49,235 bases of DNA from Nitrospirales bacterium (GTDB lineage Bacteria; Nitrospirota; Nitrospiria; Nitrospirales; UBA8639). The translations under genes were made by a program, and so were the position numbers. Shown in pieces: positions 12,301 to 17,857 of the stretch. Positions within the stretch are counted from its first letter, which is position 1; each line of letters begins with the position of its first letter. The notes below the pieces were generated by a model. The model did not search any database. It saw only the letters and a list, made by a program, of their open reading frames with translations, and was not told the DNA's origin. The stretch lies in the NCBI GenBank assembly GCA_022824735.1, contig JAJDZI010000136.1, positions 1 to 49,235 on the forward strand, read 5' to 3'.

Positions 12301-13637
12301 CCTCGCAATCGATCGATTGGCCACGCAAGCAGGACCGGACTGCGCATGCCGGCGTCAGCGCGTTCGGACTCTCGGGCACGAACGCACACGTGGTGGTGGA
12401 AGGGTACGGCGACCCGGACGCTGCGGGATTCGATGGAGGACATTGGCCGGCCGGTGCCGCGCAACCCGTGGCCGTTACTCTGCCGGAGTCAGTGGCAACC
12501 CTGTCATTGGCCGAGGAAGAATTCGCTTCTCGCAAGACGCGGGTCCTGCCGCTGTCCGGGAAATCAGGCGTCGCGCTACGGGAGATGGCGAAGCAATACC
12601 TGGCGTGGCTTGACGGACTCGCGCTTTCTTCCGGGGACGCGACCGATCACCTGCTGGCCGACGTGGCCTGGACCGCCGGCATCGGTCGTAGTCACTTCGA
12701 ACACCGGGCCGGGGTCGTATTCCGCGACGCCGCTTCGCTACGGGAAGGGCTCGAGAAGCTGGTAGAGGGGGGAGGACAGGTACCACGGCCAACGACCAAA
12801 ACGGCGTTCACGTACACGGGTCAGGCCGGACGATGGATTCGCATGGGAGAGGCGCTCTATGCGAGCGAGCCGGTGGTACGGGCGGTGCTGGACCGTTGCG
12901 ATGAGGTGTTACGGGAAGCCCGAGGTGCCTCATTACTGGACGCGATGTTCGGGCAGGCCGCAACAAAAGGTGACTTGCACGACGTGGCGTGGACGCAGCC
13001 GGCCGTCTATGCCCTTGAGTGTGCGCTCACGGCCCTGTGGGTAAGCGTGGGGATTCGTCCGAACGTGGTATTAGGACGTGGTCTCGGAGAATTGGCCGCG
13101 GCCCAGGCGGCCGGGGTGTTCGGCTTGGAGGATGGTTTGCGATTTGCCGCGGCGCGGGGTGCGCTGACCGGAGGATTGCCCGAAAGAGGCGCGCAGGCGG
13201 CGGGTCTCGACGATCTGGAAACGGCGCTGAAAGACGTCGCATTTGCAACGCCGTCACGTACTCTGGTGAGTAGCATGACGGGTCGAGTGGTGGAGACGGG
13301 AGAGACACTTGACGCAACATACTGGCGCAGCCAGGCAAACGAGCCGGAAACCTTCGACCGTTGCGCGGAGGCCTTGGCGGATCTGGGAGTGGAGACCGTG
13401 GTGGAAATTGGTCCATGCGCGATACAGGATTCGGCCACCGATGTTGACGAGACGCCAGTCGTGCTGTCGAGCCTGCGAGAACCCGGCGCATTCGCGGAGG
13501 CGGTTGCGGAGGCGTACTCGGCAGGACTCCCGGTTTCGTTCGCCGGTCTGTTCGCAGGAGAAACCCGTCGCCGGATTTCGCTGCCGGGTTATCCGTTCCA
13601 ACGCCGGCGTCATTGGGTCCGGATGCCGAAACGGTAA
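3309..13637 (+). CDS. Type I polyketide synthase, highly-reducing-type module plus a degenerate terminal KS-AT didomain (KS-AT-DH-cMT-ER-KR-ACP-KS-AT); no thioesterase
   Basis: Single 3,442-codon ORF (ATG 3309; in-frame TTG at 3306). Approximate domains: KS1 3402-4690 (DTACSSS Cys codon 3921, EAHGTGT 4326, NIGH 4446). AT1 5085-5935 (GHSLG, Ser codon 5364). DH 6201-7090 (HPLLG, HRVFDQVVAP, LLDGCFQ). C-methyltransferase about 7560-8330 (LEVGAGTGSAT). ER about 9000-9945 (LIHAGAGGVGLAA). KR about 9985-10690 (TGGFGGIG). ACP about 10840-11040 (LGMDSL, Ser codon 10920). KS2 about 11150-12400 (LNCASS Cys codon 11640). AT2 about 12800-13440. Confidence 0.95.
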   Translation: MKKKSSESPDPSKKQRSEPEIQKQANSGSNQPIAIVGMACRFPGAPNISAFWRLLEAGENAVTRGSPGESNGRVGQMFPNDVPVHDASRFGAFLSGIDQFDAEFFRISPLEAASLDPQQRLLLELSWEALEDAGIAPERLVGSRTGVYAGIGSYEYQELACAGSESIGPDATLYMVTGNRFSTASGRVSFFLGLQGPSVAIDTACSSSLVAMHQAITGLERGETDLAIAGGVCVILSPLTTEVMANAGMLSPTGQCWTFDERADGFVRSEGCGMLVLKRLDEAEAAGDRIWGVIRGSAINQDGVRPGLSVPIRLTQEQVIEDALARASVAPSQVDYLEAHGTGTKLGDPVEIAAAASVYGRGRNDERPLLVGSVKTNIGHLAAAAGTAGLIKVLLAMRQGVIPKHLNFRNPNPQIPWNPRVVQVTSEMMDWPGTPDRPPRAAVNSFGFSGTNAHVVVEGYPAPDTTGADEKQWPTGAAQPVAVALPEFAADLPVKTGELTARATRFLPLSGKSDDALRDLAKRYLSWLDERGLSSGDAVEPLLADMAWTAGTGRSHFDHRAGAVFHDVASLRDRLKALAEAGQDAEPRMATTVAFAYTGQASQWVGMGEALYASEPMVRAVLDRCDAVLRETRGASLLDVMFGRAATQGDLYDVAWTQPAIYALECALTALWASAGIRPDVVVGHSLGELAAAQAAGVFGLEDGLRFAATRGALMAALPEAGAMAAVFAPAPQVAEAVREQNAATGYAGVSVAADNGSHQVVSGTIEAVEAISERFLSENLLVNRLNTTLGAHSALVEPALDDLEAALANTAIAPPSLALVSNVTGRVMGPGETLDAAYWRRQAREPVAFASGVRTLADRGVDLVLEIGPHAVLGPMVSLAWPKSDRTPAPAVLWSLRQPSDNAPAGNSTFVKAVAGAYTAGLPIRFAGLFAGETRRRIALPAYPFQRRRHWVDAQKRRSSDAGHPLLGTRQDSAHGDTVFASEVRATDPEWLNDHRVFDQVVAPGALFGAMAAGALWSEGVRSVTLEECQLHSPMILRDEKAEGNGKSREASRKLQLLCEGPKTQSSRRFEVFSKGSEDDWILHMNGRMLPDVSPDAVPARMDLDAVRAGLTRGDVATLYRNKASTKVVLGPAFRLLQTICFGPGEAIGDIVLPQGLEQSGMDMHPILLDGCFQVLMAARDQARRAGQSTYMPFGWERLWLLGPPPQHVVCHVRMRGSGAGAEAIRDDSAEVLKADLWIYAPDGEPIGGVEGFTMKRATRAAMLATMTEVHDLLYEVAWRERAPAKGPGSTRLPAGAATGAARCASFSDYLHMEGVSPAQLVELLTDLDCLSRSYAVAAFQRLDCRRHAGAAVEPQALADVLGVGAEHRKLFTRLILMLNEAGVLTPGADGKLAVAVGRGEPLPDGGLGDPQRLAADLEAKHPYGRNEIGLLRRCGEALADVLLGRTEPLTLLFGSGEPSAADVYRHSVAAHASHRLLADALLPLCKALPEGRTLRVLEVGAGTGSATEAVRSVLPDGRFDYVFTDVSAGFFAAAEERFGGAEASFDYRVLNIEVDPSTQGFDRQGYDLVIASNVLHATRHLGETLTHCGSLLAPGGRLVVLEIMRARHWQDLTFGLLEGWWRFADPYRPASAIAGPAVWRQALGDAGFSDVTILGGGDDSAGTQVERALILARAPTETQPPGVWVLVCDRSGVGDALTRELAVRNQTVVVACENDAVGPDLHEVVKTRVSLQRRESWKSLFDGLPPAPALQGIVHLASLDGHGRRATSGEIAQDVKHAQASALALAQGAMDAGVTLAKGLWLVTRGAQVLEREREGTPAGATLWGFGKVLACEVSHLMPRMIDLDPEVPVDCSVLADELLWPDGENHIAWRGGRRHAARLVRSGVARPRMSLPDERGWRLEPGAGRTLDSLHVATVPARPLQPGEVRVAIEAAGLNFRDVLRTLGMLESGELGCELCGRVVDVGAQVSHLSVGDRVVGMTFGTFATEVVTRAELLVLAPAGIPSAVLAGVSTAFVSADLSFELAGIKPGERVLIHAGAGGVGLAAIQLAQAAGARIFATASAPKQGFLRSLGVDAVYDSRTLAFGRAVLEDTGGDGVDIVLNSLTGRGFIETSLSCLARGGRFVELGVRDIWSAEDVAMARPDVGYSVFYLDNFKERDFVRAGRALASVMRRIEAGDLTPIPHLCWSMAETSSAMAFMRSSKHIGKIVLTQPPCAHGRVRGDATYLVTGGFGGIGCALAGWLADHGAGTIVLNGRRPPDAAARETIRALESRGVTVRSEIADVTVAAEVAAMLGRIDAELPPLAGIVHSVGVLADASLVNQSWESFETVVWPKVLGAWNLHRATEHRDLDLFVLFSSAAGVMGTPGQANHAAANAFLDQLAAHRRALGLPGQTIAWGAWSELGEAEEHRERIAGHLSARGVRWMTPRQGLQVFERLLREDAGNAVVMAADWPVYGAAPTAPLPLIEELLSLGSRETAPVPEMPKRQDDLLTRLRSAALSEREGLLCTFVLDELQSIMRLPARPAPRARFFDLGMDSLMAVELRNRLNRAFAGAYVASNTLVFDYPDAHTLTRFLVDELAEALGGESESKPVSAPAEQIVRERPHHGPGSDESIAIVGMACRYPGAPDLTAYWNRLASGVDLISDGRPDFESWSHGVGDPGAVHASLRRGGFVSGIDCFDAGFFGIRPIEAKAMDPQHRMLLETSWHALEDAAIDPSRLQGARAGVYVGLGPGEYRDLINAGGEHGGYFGTMGSIAVSRIAFALGLVGPAIPLDLNCASSLVAVHEAAMALQRGEIELALAGGVNAILSSGVMGFLIEHGLLSPTGHCASFDASADGYVRGEGCGVIVLKRYRDAQSDGDRIWGVIRGSAVNHSGTGAGLTMPNGPAQQQVMQDALARAGVAPSDVDYVEANAVGSALGDPIEVQATAMVYGNGREQERPLLVGSVKSNMGHLEAAAGIAGLIKVVLSMRYGTIPKQLHFETPSPHVDWNLLPVRIASQSIDWPRKQDRTAHAGVSAFGLSGTNAHVVVEGYGDPDAAGFDGGHWPAGAAQPVAVTLPESVATLSLAEEEFASRKTRVLPLSGKSGVALREMAKQYLAWLDGLALSSGDATDHLLADVAWTAGIGRSHFEHRAGVVFRDAASLREGLEKLVEGGGQVPRPTTKTAFTYTGQAGRWIRMGEALYASEPVVRAVLDRCDEVLREARGASLLDAMFGQAATKGDLHDVAWTQPAVYALECALTALWVSVGIRPNVVLGRGLGELAAAQAAGVFGLEDGLRFAAARGALTGGLPERGAQAAGLDDLETALKDVAFATPSRTLVSSMTGRVVETGETLDATYWRSQANEPETFDRCAEALADLGVETVVEIGPCAIQDSATDVDETPVVLSSLREPGAFAEAVAEAYSAGLPVSFAGLFAGETRRRISLPGYPFQRRRHWVRMPKR
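12399..13619 (+). repeat. Diverged intragenic direct repeat: second copy of the post-KS linker plus AT region (first copy 4680-6167)
   Basis: Long identical runs shared between the copies. Examples: a 23-mer GGTGCCGCGCAACCCGTGGCCGT at 4734-4756 and 12453-12475, and a 30-mer ATGGGAGAGGCGCTCTATGCGAGCGAGCCG at 5127-5156 and 12843-12872. The protein segments are co-linear and highly similar. Copy 2 is about 270 nt shorter. Confidence 0.75.
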
Positions 13638-13647
13638 CCGCTCAATC

Positions 13648-13695
13648 TGTCATTCCTGCATGTGTAGCCGCGCCATCCCGGATCAAAATCCGGGA
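13648..13695. repeat. REP-like element with perfect hairpin, downstream of the PKS stop
   Basis: TGTCATTCCTGC box at 13648-13659, then the hairpin TCCCGGAT-caaa-ATCCGGGA (13676-13695). The TGTCATTCC box recurs at 30194-30202. Confidence 0.45.
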
Positions 13696-13868
13696 CATGC
13701 CTTATGGCGCTTCTTGCCCTTGGCCTCTCCAAGCCGCATGAGGCACGTCCCTGCCCCCGAGCAGGGATGTGGCAGCTACAGCGACAAAAAAACAACCCTG
13801 GATCAGTCCCCGACATTCTTAATCGGGGATCCAGTTCATATTGTCGAGGATGACAAAAAAGGATCGTT

Positions 13869-14774
13869 CTATAACAGGCTGTTCTGTTCCAGAAACTCGC
13901 GGAGGAGCGCCACGCATTCCTCCGGTTTTTCGAGTTGAAGGTAGTGGGTCGTCTCCGGCAGGAAATCATATTCCACAGCCACGATGTCACCCAGATCAGC
14001 CGTCGGCAAATAGGCAAACGGCAGGGTGGGATCGGCTCCGATGATTTTTGTCGGGCATGACAACGTTCCAAAATCCACCAACGGTGAAAACCCCCTGATG
14101 TAATCCACGATCTGGGCCTCGTATTCACGAGGGCACCGGAGTTCATAATCCTGTCCGTTCGCGGATGGTCGAAGCGTCGTCCTTGCCATGAGTTCCAATA
14201 CGCCGGGGACGACTCTGGCAAAAGCCGGCAGATAGCGAAGGAGGTCGACAAAGTCCGCCTGTGCTTGAAACCGGTGCCCGCGTCGCCGGGTCATTGAAGC
14301 AGCGCGTTCGGCGACATCATCAAATTCAACATGGCTTTTGCCGGGCTTGTACAGCGGGGGATCAAAGAGGACCTGCGCCGCCAGACTGTTGCTCCGGGGG
14401 GATACAAAAAGGCTCACCAAGGCTGCGACGGAATGAAAGACCCCGATTGTGGGTTTATTCCCGTAGTGCCGGTCGATCGCTTCCAGAATACGTTCCTGGT
14501 CGCGGATCAGGGTCGGAACGTTATGCTTTTGGCGAGAACCAACGGTATTCCACCCGTGGTTCCTGAGGTCGTAGACGATGAGATCGAATTCATCGAGGAG
14601 CAATGACCAGAACGGGTAATAGAGATCAATCGCCAGCCCGTTCCCATGGCTCAACACGAGACGGGGACCGTCCGGATTCCCGTGCCGTCTCAGGACCGTG
14701 ACCGTGTCCTCGTCGAGGCGGACTTCGCACACCGACAGGGGCTCGGGTATCTCCCACACGTTTTCTGAAGTCAT
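13869..14774 (-). CDS. Alpha/beta-fold hydrolase (candidate thioesterase or release enzyme)
   Basis: ORF open to a TTG at 14810. I prefer the ATG at 14774 (MTSENVW). Contains LVLSHGNG (oxyanion-type HG motif) and a nucleophile-elbow-like GVFHSVAA. Lies immediately downstream of, and co-oriented with, the ACP gene. Confidence 0.7.
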   Translation of the reverse strand: MTSENVWEIPEPLSVCEVRLDEDTVTVLRRHGNPDGPRLVLSHGNGLAIDLYYPFWSLLLDEFDLIVYDLRNHGWNTVGSRQKHNVPTLIRDQERILEAIDRHYGNKPTIGVFHSVAALVSLFVSPRSNSLAAQVLFDPPLYKPGKSHVEFDDVAERAASMTRRRGHRFQAQADFVDLLRYLPAFARVVPGVLELMARTTLRPSANGQDYELRCPREYEAQIVDYIRGFSPLVDFGTLSCPTKIIGADPTLPFAYLPTADLGDIVAVEYDFLPETTHYLQLEKPEECVALLREFLEQNSLL

Positions 14775-14844
14775 GGAAGGATCGGGACCACTTGCCGGGT
14801 TCTCTACCAAACCCGCTGAAAAGCGGCGGTGAATCCAACAACGT

Positions 14845-15093
14845 TCAGCCGGTGCGGCTCTCGATAAAGTCGACGAATTTCCTTACCGTGTCAACCTTCG
14901 CACAATCCTCAGGGGCCATCGCCGCCACGTTGAACTCCTGCGCGACCACTTTCCCGAACGCGACAATATCCAGCGAGGACACACCAAGGGCGGAAAAGCT
15001 GGTATTCAGATCTTCCGGCAGGTTCAATGGCTGTCCATCGACTTTCAGGTTTTCGTTAATGAGCGTTTTGATGCGTTCTTCTGTTGATGCCAT
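14845..15093 (-). CDS. Free-standing acyl/peptidyl carrier protein
   Basis: 82-aa acidic ORF with the phosphopantetheine attachment motif LGVSSLDIVAF in the expected position for a 4-helix carrier protein. Confidence 0.85.
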   Translation of the reverse strand: MASTEERIKTLINENLKVDGQPLNLPEDLNTSFSALGVSSLDIVAFGKVVAQEFNVAAMAPEDCAKVDTVRKFVDFIESRTG

Positions 15094-15294
15094 AACGTTG
15101 TACCTCCCCCAGCAAGTAATGGATAATTGATTTGTGCGAGCGAATAAAAAGCCAGAGCCTGGTATTACGCGAATTTACCGAGCATGTCAACATGAGTCCA
15201 CTGCCGGCAATCCAGTGCGACTCATACCTGGCCATCTCACACCGGGAATCCCATGCTTTGTCCTGGAGCGCGGGGGGCGGTAGAATCCAATTCA

Positions 15295-17082
15295 ATGGAA
15301 CCCTTCGACGTCGTAAAACAGTACCATGAGCAGACCAAACATGACTTCAACCGGTATGCCCGCGCGTTGGGATACATGGACTGGGCTAATCAGCCTGATC
15401 CCTTCCGGCGCTATGAAGGGGCCCCGCTCTACGCATTACCGCTGCTCGAAGCCAACGACAAACCCGTTTCTCCTCCTTACGAATCGCTCTTTTCTTCACC
15501 ACCAATCCCTGCCCAACCCCTGACCCTGAACAGTCTTTCCCGATTCTTCGAATACAGTCTCTCCATCACGGCGTGGAAAGAATATGGGGGGAATCGCTGG
15601 GCATTGCGCAGCAATCCGTCCAGCGGCAATTTGCATCCCACGGAAGGGTATCTGCTGATCCGGGAAACCGCTGAGCTTCCGTTGAAGCCGGGACTCTATC
15701 ACTATGCCCCCAAAGAACATGGTTTGGAGCACCGTTGGCACGGCTCGAATGAGATCATCGAAGCTCTCCTGCAACCTTTTCCCGCACAATCTTTTTTCGT
15801 GGGGCTGAGTTCGATCCATTGGCGGGAAGCGTGGAAGTATGGAGAACGCGCGTTTCGCTACTGCCAGCACGACGTCGGTCATGCGCTGGGCACGTTGCGG
15901 ATTGCGGGAGCCGTGCTCGGGTGGGAAGTCTTTCTTCTCGCCGGACTCAATGACCGGACAATCGGGACCCTGCTCGGCCTGGACCGGTTGCATGAATTCG
16001 ATCGTGCCGAACCCGAATTTCCCGAACTGCTGTGCGTGGTCTGTCCCATGCCAACGCTTCTACCTCCCCTACCCCCTCCTCACCCTTCGACTTCGCTCAG
16101 GGCAGGCAAAGGAGGGGAACAAGAAGCACCCCTGCCATTTACCGTTGATCAGGACCTAATCCGGCATTGGGAACACGGAGACTGGCGAGGCAAGGCCAAC
16201 CGATTGAGCCGGGATAATCCCGTTCCCTGGGAAATTATCGACGATGTGACCAAGGCGTCATGGAAAACCTCGACGGAATCATCGGAGCTTCCATGGTTTT
16301 CCTCCCCTGCCCCGATCCGGGAATTGGCTGAAACGGAACCGGCGTCTGTTCCCGATTCCCGTCCGGGCATGGTTTCCGCGCACCGGATCATCCATCAACG
16401 ACGAAGCGCGGTGGCGTTCGACGGGAACACGTCGATTTCCGCACAACAATTCTTCACGATGCTGGAGCGGGTCATGCCTCACGCGGATCGACCGGTCGCT
16501 CAACGGCCCATGCCGTGGGATTCGCTGCCCTGGCTCCCCACCATTCACTTGGCCCTGTTCGTGCATCGAGTCGACGGGCTCCTACCCGGCATGTACATGC
16601 TCCTGCGAAATGGCGACCCGGCGCTTAAGGGCGCCTTTCAACAAGCCATGCATGAGCAATTCGTCTGGACCGTTCCCAATCAGTGTCCGGCATCGCTTCC
16701 GCTCTATCTGTTGGAAGACGGAGACACCCAACGCATCGCCATGCAGTTGAGTTGCCATCAGGAAATCGCCGGCGACAGCGCCTTCTCATTGGGCATGATT
16801 GCGGAATTCGAGGCGTCTTTGGAGAAACATGGACCGTGGTTCTACAAGCGTCTGTTTTGGGAAACCGGACTCATCGGACAGGTGCTGTACCTCGAAGCGG
16901 AAGCGGCCGGTGTTCGTTCAACCGGTATCGGGTGTTTTTTCGACGACCCCGTGCATCGCGTGCTGGGGTGGCATCCCGACACGCGATTTCAATCCCTGTA
17001 TCACTTCACCGTCGGCGGCCCGGTCGAGGATCATCGCCTCACGACCCTGCCGCCCTATGGCGAACTGAGGCCGCTCCCTTGA
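15295..17082 (+). CDS. SagB/ThcOx-type dehydrogenase, two-lobed nitroreductase-family protein
   Basis: N-terminus MEPFDVVKQYHEQTKHDFNRYARALGYMDWANQPDPFRRYEG is the characteristic SagB-type dehydrogenase opening. The C-terminal half ends in the nitroreductase-like GIGCFFDD...YHFTVGGP. An upstream in-frame ATG at 15253 is also possible. Confidence 0.8.
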   Translation: MEPFDVVKQYHEQTKHDFNRYARALGYMDWANQPDPFRRYEGAPLYALPLLEANDKPVSPPYESLFSSPPIPAQPLTLNSLSRFFEYSLSITAWKEYGGNRWALRSNPSSGNLHPTEGYLLIRETAELPLKPGLYHYAPKEHGLEHRWHGSNEIIEALLQPFPAQSFFVGLSSIHWREAWKYGERAFRYCQHDVGHALGTLRIAGAVLGWEVFLLAGLNDRTIGTLLGLDRLHEFDRAEPEFPELLCVVCPMPTLLPPLPPPHPSTSLRAGKGGEQEAPLPFTVDQDLIRHWEHGDWRGKANRLSRDNPVPWEIIDDVTKASWKTSTESSELPWFSSPAPIRELAETEPASVPDSRPGMVSAHRIIHQRRSAVAFDGNTSISAQQFFTMLERVMPHADRPVAQRPMPWDSLPWLPTIHLALFVHRVDGLLPGMYMLLRNGDPALKGAFQQAMHEQFVWTVPNQCPASLPLYLLEDGDTQRIAMQLSCHQEIAGDSAFSLGMIAEFEASLEKHGPWFYKRLFWETGLIGQVLYLEAEAAGVRSTGIGCFFDDPVHRVLGWHPDTRFQSLYHFTVGGPVEDHRLTTLPPYGELRPLP

Positions 17083-17215
17083 AGTCTGCCCATGGAATAG
17101 GATAGGGTAATTGCCAGCCGCGGCGGCTTTTCCCATCGGTTTCGCGAGAACGAACGGCCGCCCTTCTCCGACACGGTAAGAACACAAGAATCGCCCCAAT
17201 ACAAAGGAGGACACC

Positions 17216-17305
17216 ATGAATCCACTCGACTCGATCCCCGGAACGATCACCGCCGGATTCGTGCTGACCGTCGTTCTGTATTTTGTGGTGAAAATGCTTG
17301 TCTAG
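17216..17305 (+). CDS. Possible 29-aa single-pass membrane peptide (MNPLDSIPGTITAGFVLTVVLYFVVKMLV)
   Basis: Absent from the ORF track because it is under 60 aa. Strong Shine-Dalgarno AAAGGAGGA 6 nt upstream of the ATG. Has a hydrophobic core and lies 46 nt upstream of the next membrane-protein gene. Confidence 0.3.
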   Translation: MNPLDSIPGTITAGFVLTVVLYFVVKMLV

Positions 17306-17351
17306 TTGTCTGCGAACGTTCTGACTTGAACTCAACCCAAAGAGGATAGAG

Positions 17352-17831
17352 ATGGAAACCTTATTGGCATGGGGACATTTTCTGGCAGGTATCACCTGGA
17401 TCGGTATTTTGTATTATTTCAATTTCATTCAAGTTCCCTTTCTGGGAAAAGTCACCCCGGAGACCAAGGCAGAGGCCTTTCAACACCTGGTCCCGAACGC
17501 GCTCTGGTGGTTCCGTTGGGGCGCCTTGGCCACGTGGTTGTTCGGAGCGGTTCTCCTGATGAACCAGGGCCGGTTCGGTTCGGCCTTCGCCCTGCAGGGC
17601 CAGGATGCCGTCATCGGGATGGGAGCGTGGCTGGGTACCATTATGCTCTTCAACGTCTGGGGCATTATCTGGCCCAACCAGAAAAAAGTACTGGGCATCA
17701 AGCAAGCTTCAGCGGATGAAAAGAAGCAGTCCGCCCGCCTGGCCTTGCTGGCGTCACGGACCAACACGATGCTGTCCATTCCCATGTTGTTCTTCATGGC
17801 CTCGTCCGGACACGCCTCCGGGCTGTTTTAA
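17352..17831 (+). CDS. Integral membrane protein, about 4 TM, similar to the N-terminal membrane domain of PuuD-type urate hydroxylases (family assignment tentative)
   Basis: 159 aa with four hydrophobic segments. The opening HFLAGITWIGILYYFNF resembles the HxxAGIAWIGxSFYF signature of the PuuD membrane domain. Confidence 0.55.
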   Translation: METLLAWGHFLAGITWIGILYYFNFIQVPFLGKVTPETKAEAFQHLVPNALWWFRWGALATWLFGAVLLMNQGRFGSAFALQGQDAVIGMGAWLGTIMLFNVWGIIWPNQKKVLGIKQASADEKKQSARLALLASRTNTMLSIPMLFFMASSGHASGLF

Positions 17832-17857
17832 ACAGATGGGGCATAGGAGCAATTGCC

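Noticed and set aside
3277-13613. Dozens of 60-480-aa ORFs on both strands overlapping the PKS gene (e.g. 8192-9643 minus, 5259-6236 minus, 10923-11990 minus).
   Set aside because: Arg/Pro/Ala/Gly-rich translations typical of off-frame and antisense reading of very GC-rich coding DNA. They are entirely nested in a 10.3-kb ORF with clear PKS domain motifs.
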